From Trichoplax adhaerens (taxonomy: Eukaryota; Animalia; Placozoa), in NCBI RefSeq assembly GCF_000150275.1, contig NW_002060945.1, forward strand, positions 7,693,684 to 7,757,683: a DNA stretch of 64,000 nt, read 5' to 3'. A model generated the notes under the pieces. That model did not search any database. It was not told the origin of the DNA and saw only the letters and a list, made by a program, of their open reading frames with translations. Of this stretch, positions 53,651 to 64,000 are shown piece by piece. Made by a program: the position numbers and the translations under genes. Numbering within the stretch: the first letter of the stretch is position 1; each line of letters begins with the position of its first letter.

Positions 53651-54249
53651 ATTTATTTTTTAATTACTCACAACCTACTAGCGGTAATAAATGAATTTAG
53701 TGAAGACTTTAATCTTGTTTCTTGTACACGTAAGGAAGTTCCGATCCGACTTTCTGGACTTTAATATACAAAATTGGTGTTAATTAAGAAAGTTGTTTTT
53801 AAATCAATTCAGTTGGTTAAGTGCTAGTTAAATAGTTAGTTTATCTTACTAAAGTTACAATGTAGCACTCAATAAGTTCGATCATTAATACTATTTTAAA
53901 ATTAAGTTATTTTAAATTTACTTTGGTTGTCAGAAATGAACTCGTCCTCGATTGTAGTTGCTTCAGCCCATTTAGCATTTACTATCTAACACCTAAGATA
54001 AGTACTTTATTTCTTTAATGATTTATTCATGCTGATATAAATCTTCCTAGCACTCGAATGGCTCATTAGCGTGATATTAGGATATTGGATACTATGCTAG
54101 AACAAGTAGATTGTTTCGAATATAGCTATGCAGCATACTAGCTATCACTGTTCAAGTTGTACTGAGGCTGATAGTTTCATCGAGACAAATTCTTGCTCAA
54201 AAAGATACAGATAGTCGCTGAGAGATAGTAATTCTGCATAACTGAGCAG

Positions 54250-54484
54250 CAGTGTTTTGCAATTGTATACGAAATCCGACTGCAATCCGATGTAATCTTA
54301 CGGAAAATTTCGGATTAAGCCATGTAGGTGCATTCAGATCCTTTGCTGTTTTCGTATTAGATCGGAATTGGATTGACGAATGCCGTGACTTAGGATCGGA
54401 GTCGAATTCACAGATATGGACCAATTTCGAATTTCGGATTTCGGATTGATTTTGAGACGTGTTGCAATAAATTGCAAAACACTG
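54250..54484. mobile_element. hAT-type MITE, 235 bp
   Basis: Perfect 15-bp TIRs CAGTGTTTTGCAATT / AATTGCAAAACACTG, perfect 8-bp TSD CTGAGCAG (54242-54249 and 54485-54492), subterminal ATCCGA/TCGGAT motifs. Confidence 0.9.
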
Positions 54485-54537
54485 CTGAGCAGCCGATTTG
54501 ATTCTAAAATACAGAATGGCTAATAGGAAATATCGTG

Positions 54538-55057
54538 TATCGATGTGTATGGTTAACCAACGTAACTCAAATGATTCCATTTAGACGAACCTTGCCTAGA
54601 TCATTTCAGATCTGTTACAATCCTACGTATGCTTTCTACTATAACACAATGATTTAAAAATCCAGTATTGACATAATCTAAAAATTATTTTAAAACTTTT
54701 CTAATCAAAGTACCAATAACAGCTGTATAGTATCTATTCCAACTAAATCAATCTAACCTATCTAAAGGTAGCTCAACTCATTTTGCTAGCAAAATAATTG
54801 CAGTTTTCTTAACATGCATTTGTATAACTCTACGCCAATAGTAATATGGCAGTTAGCGATTATTTTGAGGTAATTGCAATTGATTTAAGAAGATAGTAGA
54901 GTTGATAAGTACAGCTAAATATGATGTATAATGAAATGATTATATTCGATAATTCGTGAATGATGTAAAAAGAAAAATATCGAATAGAAATCAATACCAG
55001 CTAGACCATTGTAACTTAAATATTACCCGTAGTTATAAGTTGTCTACAGTACCTTTC
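54538..55057. repeat. About 520-bp dispersed direct duplicate of 31769-32288
   Basis: Direct sequence match. Confidence 0.9.
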
Positions 55058-57064
55058 GATGATATTCGATGTGATCTGTTAACAGAATATAAGCACTGAT
55101 CAAGCAAAGCCTTTCTACGATCATTGATTGATTGAAGAAGAAACGAGGAAACAGAAATAAGTTGCTTAATTCTCTTTAAAGTTATGTCGAAACGCCAGTA
55201 ACGAAAGCACTGGATCTAATGAAACTATAGAAGCCTATAAATACATTCGCTTAAACACAAGAAATGCAAATTTTACTTTTATGTATGTGTAAGACTTTGT
55301 CTGTAATAGAATTTGATAGACTGTCTGGTGAGGATATTTTGATTACTTTGAGAAATATGGTGTAATTTTATTAAATAATTTACATAAATGAATCATAGCT
55401 ATAACCTAACCAATCAAAAGGTGCAAAATAAGTATGCCTAACTTAAACATGCAATCTACTGATAAACAGGTAGAAAAATTCTGAGCTGAATATAAATCAG
55501 TTTTTTAGTTTATTTGTACGTAGAAAATAAACTCTTGGACTACTTATTATCCAGAACCGCTTCGTTACTATCATCTTCTCACTACAACATAAACAAACAA
55601 AATTTGCCAGCGGTATTAGCCAGCAAAAGCAAATTCTTAAAGGACTTTAGAATATGACTATAAATAAAATTAAATAATTTAAATTTTGTATGCTAAATCA
55701 TTCAAGATGGATGAAATAGGTAATTTTGAAGATCTAATTGTGATCAGATTGCTAGTGATTTTAAATGCCTAATACACGTATGTATGGAAGAAGCAGCAAA
55801 TGAAACCACAATTTAAAGAATATGATGAAGTAGTAATAAACTACTTTTCGGCTAGGGCAACATAAACGTGACCATTATCATATCTCTCTAGGGAAGCATT
55901 AGTAATAATAACATATATATCATTAGAATTCTTATCTGTATATGCAAGAATACCCAGTATACTATTACTTGTTGACGTGGCTGAAATCTTAAATATTTGC
56001 TATTCGTTACGCCGTTTGCATTAAAATCCAGTTGGTGATAACTCTTAATATTTCATTATAAAGCAGGAAAATTTTCAAATCTGAAGCAAACTAGAAACTT
56101 CTAAATATTGAACAACCATTACATTTCCGATCATATTTGTTATAAACTAGAAAATATAAATAAAATTCAAGTGTAGAGTAAAATTTTAAGCTTTAAATGC
56201 GGAAGTTTCAGAATACTTTCATAAAAATATAGAAATTTTACGTAAATGACAGTCAACAACAAATTAAAGACATTTTAAATCAGAAGAATCTTCGTTTTTC
56301 AAAATTTCTATAACAACACAGACGTTAAGAGCTTCTTGAATACTCATAGTAAATAAGCGATCGCTAAATTCGGAACAAGCACTACTTTTCCAAATATCCT
56401 CAAAATATAGCCGAATTCATAAAATGCACTTCTTGTAAAATAAAAATTAGGCACTCTTTTTATTTAAAAACATTTATACTTCCATTTACGGAAAATAAAG
56501 GTCAGAAAGTCTTAACATAGACTCCCAAAAATCCAGTACTACTTGAAATTAGTAGTACTGTAACGAATATTATTCATTTTTTCCTTCCTGGAAATTTAAA
56601 CCATATATAATACAGATACCGCTAGCTTTCGATATCAAAATTACTGCAATATCATCTTTTCGTTAATATTAAATATAATAGAATGATTTTTCGTAGTATA
56701 TTTCTTCCCAGCTATTGGATATAAATTTGAGCTAAAACTTACAAATTTCACTTAAAATCTTGTATGAAGAGTAAGATTTTTCTAATTAGCTAAACTGAGA
56801 ATTTCAATGTTATTACATTTATATATATTTCAGTTTTTCTGCTCCGTCATCAAAATGCTGCTTAATTAACATTATCAACTGATAAATTCACGAGCTTTAA
56901 AAACAAACGATACACTTACTTTCTGTCCTATAAAAGTTGTTAAAAATATTCGAATATAATCGTTAGTACATAAGTATAAATAATAATTACTCGAATTAAT
57001 GAGCTATTGAATGCAATAAAGATTTAATATTTTAGATACATCATTAACTACAGCGACTTCGAGC

Positions 57065-57907
57065 TATTGTCTCGCATATCTGAAACCTTTTAGTCAATGA
57101 TGAAGAGCATCATAAAAATACTGATCGTGGTTATCCCAAATAGCGGTAGATAGCTAATCCAATCTTTCAGCTTCCTCAATGTTATTTTTATCGCGGTATA
57201 TCTTCGCCATATTATCATAAATAGTGGCGAGATCTGGATGATTGTCTCCAAATGCTAGAATGTAAATATCTACTGCTTTATGGAACATTACAAGAGCTTC
57301 GCTATGATTAGAAATATTCTACTGAGAATAAATTAATCCAATATTGAAATAGGAAGTAGCAAGATCGGTATGATTGCTACCCAAGACTTGTAATTTGATA
57401 TCTAAAGCCTTTTGATAAAATTCTTAAGCATCAGCAATTTTTCCTTGTAGCCTATACACATTTCCAATATTGTTGTAGGATGTTGCAAGTGTAATGTTAT
57501 TGTCAGCTAATTTATCCATTTGAATGGCTAGCCATGATTGATATATAGATAAAGCTTCTCCATACTTGGCTTGACGAACATAAGCATTTGCTATATTGTG
57601 ACAGGTGGCAGAGACCTCAAGATCATGTTCTTGATCATCTATAAGTTTAGCCGCTTCTTCCGCTCGATTGCAATACTCTTGAGCCTTGCTAAATTCACGC
57701 TGTCCTACAAGACTAGCCGCAATATGCAAGCACAAATCACTTTTGAGATAATTATGCTTTTCGTCACGATTTTTAAAGGTTTTTAAAACATCTAAAGCCT
57801 TCATATAGTGCATTTCAGCTACGCAATAATATCCAGATTGATAATTTTATCAAAGCAGTTTTGGATAAAGATTTTATTCTGCTCATTCTACTCCAATATA
57901 TTCCCAT
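57065..57907 (-). pseudogene. TPR pseudogene, internally deleted paralogue of 60100-62514
   Basis: ATG at 57907 (MGIYWSRMSRIKSLSK versus MGLNWCRMRGIESLTK). Frameshift near 57850, junction DDQ|EHDL at 57630, stops at 57424 and downstream; C-terminal homology DLATSYFNIGLIYS..HPDLATIYDNMAKIYRD. The 3' end is approximate. Confidence 0.88.
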
Positions 57908-58819
57908 CTTTGTTACTGATGTTGTTATAGAAGTCAAATATGATGTCAGAATTTCTTATGCTGCTACTTGATAGAAAAAATTGACCTCTTCTATCAATGA
58001 TAGCGGCTTACTATCAATATGTTCTAAAAGCTGGTAAGGTTCTGAGCCAATCTTACGAGAATAGACGCAAAGACGTTAAGATTTTAGCCCTTGTTAAGCT
58101 AATGATGTCAATATTTCACGCGGTCGGATATCTTGTTTTATTACATGGAGGTGGGAAGCGTATCCTGGATTGTCCTGGCACCATTTAATTAAATCGGACG
58201 ATGCGTTTATTTCTTATTGTATCTCAAACTCTATTTACATTGTTTATTTGAGGATTTTATGTCAGTCGTCGTATATATTCATGGTCTACGGACGTCTTTA
58301 GTCAATAAAAGCTATCTAATTTACGCAAGATTATTCACCGTACTATTTTTAATCACATCACAAAATAATAACGGCATTATATTAATCGATTGATGTTTCA
58401 TTCAAGCTATAGATCGCTTATTATAGTATTGTTTGTTATAAAAATTTCAGACGTGGTTTTATATATCATTAAAATAAAGCCATTTCCGATTTTCAAAGAG
58501 CATTCCAAGACAATAATGCCATTCTATCTACCATCGTATGATTTATATTTACTATTGCTACAGGGTACACGGTAGTCTTGAATGCTATCAAAATTGCTGA
58601 AATGGTTTTACTACTCAATTAAAGGAAAGCTAGATTTATTCTAATATAGAATATTTGTGATATTAATGTTCTTCTCGCTCAGATTGAATTATACTATTTT
58701 AAGATGACCTAAGATTATGCCTGCTCATAAACATAGATACTATTCGTAATAGTTCATACCTTCGGCACTCTTGTAGAAAATTTGGATCATCGCATTTAGT
58801 AATTTTTTGGAACTAATGG

Positions 58820-59355
58820 TCTCCACGATCATTTTTAACTATCCTAGATAAAAATTTGGAGAAAATATTATCGTATCTTTTCTGAATACTTTTTATACAT
58901 AAAGTAAAGATTGTGACTGCACTTATACTCTTTGAAAATATTCGCGGTCACTATCTACCATCACATGCCAGTTACTCTAGACTCAATTCGGAGGAAATAT
59001 TATCGTATCTTTCAGTATATTTTAAATACAATTGCAGTGATCATACCAGGACTTATACACTCCTATAGCTTAGAAATTCCCATTGCCACAATTCAGGATC
59101 ATTTCTTTACTATTATAGACTAAATTTGAGAAGAATTATTACCATATCTTTTAGGATATTTTATATCTAAACTAAAGATCTTTACTGGACTTATGCACTG
59201 TGGTAGCTTAGAAACTCTCGTGTTCACTATTTACGATCACTTTTCAGCTATTCTAGATTAAATTCGGAGAAATTATTATCATACCCTTATCATTTTTTAT
59301 ATATAAAGTAGAGATTACCACTGAAGATATAAACTACGGTAGCTAAGCAATTCTA
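58820..59355. repeat. Degenerate tandem repeat, about 140-bp unit, about 4 copies
   Basis: Recurring gatca..ttt..ctat..tagat.aaatt.ggag.aa.tattatc.tatcttt..gacttata; boundaries approximate. Confidence 0.75.
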
Positions 59356-60099
59356 ACTTCAGAGAAACATATTTATTGCATCTTTAGTATAGGGATGAAA
59401 TCATAGACTAACTTCGAAACTACTACAAATTAGAATTTCTTTGTATTTAAAGATTTTCAGAATGTATTAGATCGAAAATATATAAAGCATGAATTAAAAA
59501 ATCTAATACTACTTTTATTTAGTTACTTTAGCTAACACTACAGATCATGGAATTCGTCCTGTGTAGAAATAAAAACTCTATACTAAAATTACTAACCTAC
59601 GCAAATCAAAATTACGTAAACGCCATTATCATGTACAGTGTTCCTTATATTACAGAATGTTTATGAGGTAATATCTGTCTAATTATTTGCTTTGTTCGAT
59701 CTCAATTGATTAGCTCTAACATTGTATAAGCCATAAGTTCTTCTTGTTAACAAAATGAGCACTAGAATGTTATTACTAGTTTAGCAAGTTAGTCGTCGAT
59801 ACATGATTAAGCCTTTTGCATTACGTCTTATATTTTGCTACAAAAGAATAATATCCACAAGTTATAGCAACGAAAATCTTGCAAGATAAACTATACAATC
59901 ATATGGTATATTTGTATGTTAAAGTTGATAGAAATTTTGGCAGCAATTTTAGCTTATAAATGTAAATGATGATTATTCAAGTTGACGAGCTATTGGATAC
60001 AGCTTTGTATTTTGATATCGAAAATAGTAATTAATATAACGGCTTCTAGCTTTAAGCCAGTGAGTTTTTTAGCTTATAGCGAGGGCCATCGTTTCATCA

Positions 60100-62514
60100 C
60101 TACTTTCGTGTAGCGCGAATAGACTTTGATTGTCGATTTAATCTTTCTACATTTTGAAAGTCATTTTGGTCACGGTATATCTTTGCCATATTATCATAAA
60201 TAGTGGCAAGAGTTGGATGGCTATCTCCAAATGCAGGAATAAAAATATCTAGTGCTTTCTGAAACACGAGGAGAGCCTCGTTATAATTTGGTGTATCCTG
60301 ACCAGAATAAATCAATCCAATATTGAAATAGGAAGTAGCAAGGTCGACATGATTACTATCCAAAACTTCTAACTTGATATGTAATGATTTCTGATAGAAT
60401 TCTAGAGCAGTATCAGTTTTTCCTTGTAGCTTATATACGTTTCCAATATTATTATAGGATGTTGCAACTTTAATATTATTATCACCTAATATATCTAATT
60501 GAATATTTAAGGATTGCTGATACATTGATAGAGCTTGTCCATACTTGGCCTGACGAGCGTAAGCATTTGCTATATTATTAAAGGTCGCAGAGACATCTAA
60601 ATCATGCTCTCCTAGGACTTTCAGTTGAATATCAAGAGCTTTCTTTAGCGTGACTACAGCATTGTCTAATTTAGACATGTTAGAGTAAACTAGACCAAGA
60701 TTATTATAAGAGTTTGCTACGTCAATATGACCATCTCCAAGTAAAAGCAGTCTTATTTTCAACGCTTTATGGAACATATCGTAAGCCTTATCGAAGCTCG
60801 ATTGATAGCAATATGTATGGCCAATCTTGTTATAAGTTATAGCAATATCTAAATGATTATATCCAAGTCTATCCGTTTGTATATCCAGAGCTTTAAGGTA
60901 GAGCAGCAATGCTTCTTCGTGTTTGCAATGCTCAGTATAAATATTGGCAATACTAATATAAGACTTTGCGACATCTTCATGATTACCTCCTAATAACTTT
61001 AACCGTATATTTGATGATTTCTCATACATACAAAGAGCATCTTCATATTTTAGTTGATTGACATAGACATCACCGATATTACTATAAGAATTGGCAACAT
61101 CATGACTTTCATCATCTAAGACCTTCAATCGGATGTGTAATGATTTATTATGCATCTCTAAGGCATCATCGTATTTATCTTGATGATTATAAATCAGCCC
61201 GATATTGTTATATGAATTAGCTACGTCGATGTTTTGGTTTCCTAACTTATCCAGTTGAATCTTTAAAGCTTTTTGACTTATAGAAAGTGCTTCTGCATAT
61301 TTGGATTGAGATTGATAGATCACTGCAATATTATTATATAGACTAGCGACAGTAATACTTTCACCTCCATCCAGATCTAGCTGAATTTCAAGTGATTTTT
61401 GATACATTTTTAGAGCATCGCCATATTTAGATTGATTCTGATAAACGATGCCAATATTATTATACGAACTAACAAGCTCTAAATGACGATTTCCCAATAC
61501 TTCTAATTTGATACCAAGAGCTTTTTGATGCATAATTAGCGCTGTTTCATATTGAGTTTGACAGGAGTAAAGGTTACCAAGATTACTATATGTATCAGCA
61601 ACTTGGATATTGTGATCTCCCAGTAATTGTAGTTGTATATCTAAAGTTTTCTGTAGCATAATAACAGCCTTTGGGAATTGCGACATATCTAGAAGTAAAA
61701 GCCCCAAATCGCTATAGGCTTGAGCCGCTTCTAAACTATGTTCTCCTACAATATTTAACTTGATATCCAAAGATTTTCTATACATCGACAATGCATCCTC
61801 ATAATCTAATGTCATATGATAAACATTTCCAATGCTGTTATAAGAACGAGCAACATACAGACTATCATTACCATGTAATTTTAATCGAATATCTAGTGCA
61901 CTCTCATGCATAGTAAGGGCGTCTTCAAAATCGGATTTCTGAAAATAAGCTGATCCTACGTTGTAATACGAATTCGCTACATCAAAATGACCTTCCCCAT
62001 AAACTTGTTGCCTAATCGCTAATGCTTTCTGAAACATGGACAGACTCGTGTCGAATTTGGATAAATTCAAATAGATTTCTCCCAAGCCGCTGTAACTGTC
62101 AGCAATATCAGGGCTAATTTCGCTGATTTTCTCTAATTTTAACTCTAATGATCTCTTGTAATCAACTAATGCTTCATCATACATCTTTTTTGCTATCTTA
62201 ATAGCGCCTTGATTATCTAAACACTTTGCTAATTGCACTTGATCACCTATAAGTCTGGCTGCTTCTTCTGCTTGATTACAATATTCTTCAGCTTTCGTCA
62301 AATCACGCTGCTCTAGAAAATTAATGGAAATACGTAGACAAAGGTCGCTTTCAAGCCGATTACCTTTTGCACCACGATTTTTAATAGTTTTTAAAACCTC
62401 TAGTGCTTGGTTATAGTGCCATCCAGCTCCTTCAAAATAACCGCATTGATAATTTAGTTGAGCCTTTTTAGTTAAAGATTCAATTCCTCTCATTCGGCAC
62501 CAGTTTAAACCCAT
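60100..62514 (-). CDS. Tetratricopeptide-repeat protein (42-aa repeats), intronless ORF
   Basis: 804 aa, about 17-18 tandem TPR units (DVANSYNNIGxVYxxQSKYxxALxMxQKxLxIxL). Confidence 0.93.
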   Translation of the reverse strand: MGLNWCRMRGIESLTKKAQLNYQCGYFEGAGWHYNQALEVLKTIKNRGAKGNRLESDLCLRISINFLEQRDLTKAEEYCNQAEEAARLIGDQVQLAKCLDNQGAIKIAKKMYDEALVDYKRSLELKLEKISEISPDIADSYSGLGEIYLNLSKFDTSLSMFQKALAIRQQVYGEGHFDVANSYYNVGSAYFQKSDFEDALTMHESALDIRLKLHGNDSLYVARSYNSIGNVYHMTLDYEDALSMYRKSLDIKLNIVGEHSLEAAQAYSDLGLLLLDMSQFPKAVIMLQKTLDIQLQLLGDHNIQVADTYSNLGNLYSCQTQYETALIMHQKALGIKLEVLGNRHLELVSSYNNIGIVYQNQSKYGDALKMYQKSLEIQLDLDGGESITVASLYNNIAVIYQSQSKYAEALSISQKALKIQLDKLGNQNIDVANSYNNIGLIYNHQDKYDDALEMHNKSLHIRLKVLDDESHDVANSYSNIGDVYVNQLKYEDALCMYEKSSNIRLKLLGGNHEDVAKSYISIANIYTEHCKHEEALLLYLKALDIQTDRLGYNHLDIAITYNKIGHTYCYQSSFDKAYDMFHKALKIRLLLLGDGHIDVANSYNNLGLVYSNMSKLDNAVVTLKKALDIQLKVLGEHDLDVSATFNNIANAYARQAKYGQALSMYQQSLNIQLDILGDNNIKVATSYNNIGNVYKLQGKTDTALEFYQKSLHIKLEVLDSNHVDLATSYFNIGLIYSGQDTPNYNEALLVFQKALDIFIPAFGDSHPTLATIYDNMAKIYRDQNDFQNVERLNRQSKSIRATRK

Positions 62515-64000
62515 CCTTGTTGTTATAGCTACGTATTTTAAGCTAATTTGAATATCAAAATATCTTTAGGTAGTTGTAGTCAAGGAGAGAAATTCTTTTT
62601 GACGGACGATATCTAATAAAAGCCTGCAAAATTTCCAAGCCAAGCCAATATCATCGATACAGCCGTTAAGATTGTTGCAAACTTGCTTCAAACCTTCTTC
62701 TAAAATCGAAGATATTTCTCATCCCATGCGGTTGGGCAAACTTTTGTATAGATTCTCATGGATCTATTTTGGATTATCCTGACGTCATAGAACTAAATGA
62801 TACAAAGTAGCTATTTCTTATTGTAAATATGTTACTCTATTTAATATTAAATTCTATATGTATATCTATATATATATATACTCATATACGCCCATTAACT
62901 GGATACAGCTTGTACTTTTAATATCAGTAGATCTCTTCTAATTTATGCAAACTTATTCACCATACTATCGTGTGGAATAACAATGAACAGTAAATGTCAT
63001 CACCATAAGAAACTGCCAGACGCGTAAAGTTATTGCTGTTTGTAATGGGTAACTTAGTCTTGGATAGTAGACTATTACTGTTGGCCATATTTTAGTATGA
63101 TATACGGTATAACAGCTTTCTATAGTTATTATAAGCCTTATTTAGTAGCTCATAACCATAGACTGTAATTAAAGATTCTATGTTAGGATTCAAACTATAT
63201 GCAGTAAGGTGCTGAGTCACAATTGATGCTGCAAGTAAAAATAGATATGTAATTCAAATCCGATCACGAAAATTCCAAAGTTGGAGAAAATTAGAACTTT
63301 ATTAGATCTAATAAAAAGACTAGCTACACACAGCTCTACTCTAGCCGAATACGATTGATGAAAAGCTTCTAGAAAAAACAATCTTATAATCTAAAGTCTA
63401 GTTTCAAGAACAATCTTTAAGGAGAAATTCAACATTTCTACTTGCATTAGTATCAGTAACTACATTAACAGCAAAATACACATGGAGGACTTTCATCCAC
63501 TTGATATTCTCCCTATTTTTATACAATATTTTATACGGAAGTAAATGTCACTAAAAAAGCGGCTCGAAACTTATTATTGAGTTTTATTCATAATTTTTTT
63601 ACCTGTACATTACAGAAAACTAGCTATACTCGTAATTTAACATTTGTAATTAGCATTCCTCTGTTTTAATACCTCATATTAATGCCGCATTAACTAACGG
63701 AAAATGTCAATTTCATTTCGATACAATCCTTGCCAAATGTAGGTGGTAGCAAAATGTCATTTTATTCTATAGAGTGAATCAACTTTGTTCGTCACAATGA
63801 TATTAAAACGATGTTTGAGAATGATATTTTGCAATATCAGATACTGTAATAAATAAAACTCGCCACATAAGAAAATCCTGATCATTCATGGGATGCAATT
63901 GATGATAGAATAGCATGATTATACTGCGCTAAAATGGAGCCAATCGCAAGTGTTTTCCTATACTGGCTTAATTCTACTACAATTATGAATCAAATCGCTG

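Noticed and set aside
54197-54580. 127-aa ORF
   Set aside because: It runs across the MITE and its flanks; a chance open frame.
55080-55900. Exon-like, purine-rich plus-strand segments
   Set aside because: Stops in all frames and no family recognised; needs tblastx.
58820-59355. CRISPR-like array
   Set aside because: Eukaryotic context; degenerate whole-unit tandem repeat with no identical repeats, unique spacers or cas genes.

Overview
AT-rich eukaryotic (animal) genomic DNA with two N gaps. Short introns and expansions of intronless GPCRs and 42-aa TPR genes suggest a placozoan such as Trichoplax, but that is inference. Left to right: (1) an intronless QPRT gene on +. (2) A complete 27-exon integrin beta gene on - (2748-12223, about 774 aa), reconstructed by hand and almost absent from the ORF track; it has a non-canonical ADMIDAS site and an SPIY in place of the proximal NPxY. 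(3) A ~35-kb tandem array of intronless class-A GPCR paralogues on -, with 3 intact genes and 3 pseudogenes. The array holds about ten TG...CA solo-LTR-like insertions (most with 5-bp TSDs) and relics of neighbouring genes (integrin PSI exons, a TPR-gene terminal exon). (4) A cluster of kinesin-light-chain/NPHP3-like TPR solenoid genes on -, with 2 intact genes and 1 internally deleted pseudogene, plus a hAT-type MITE.
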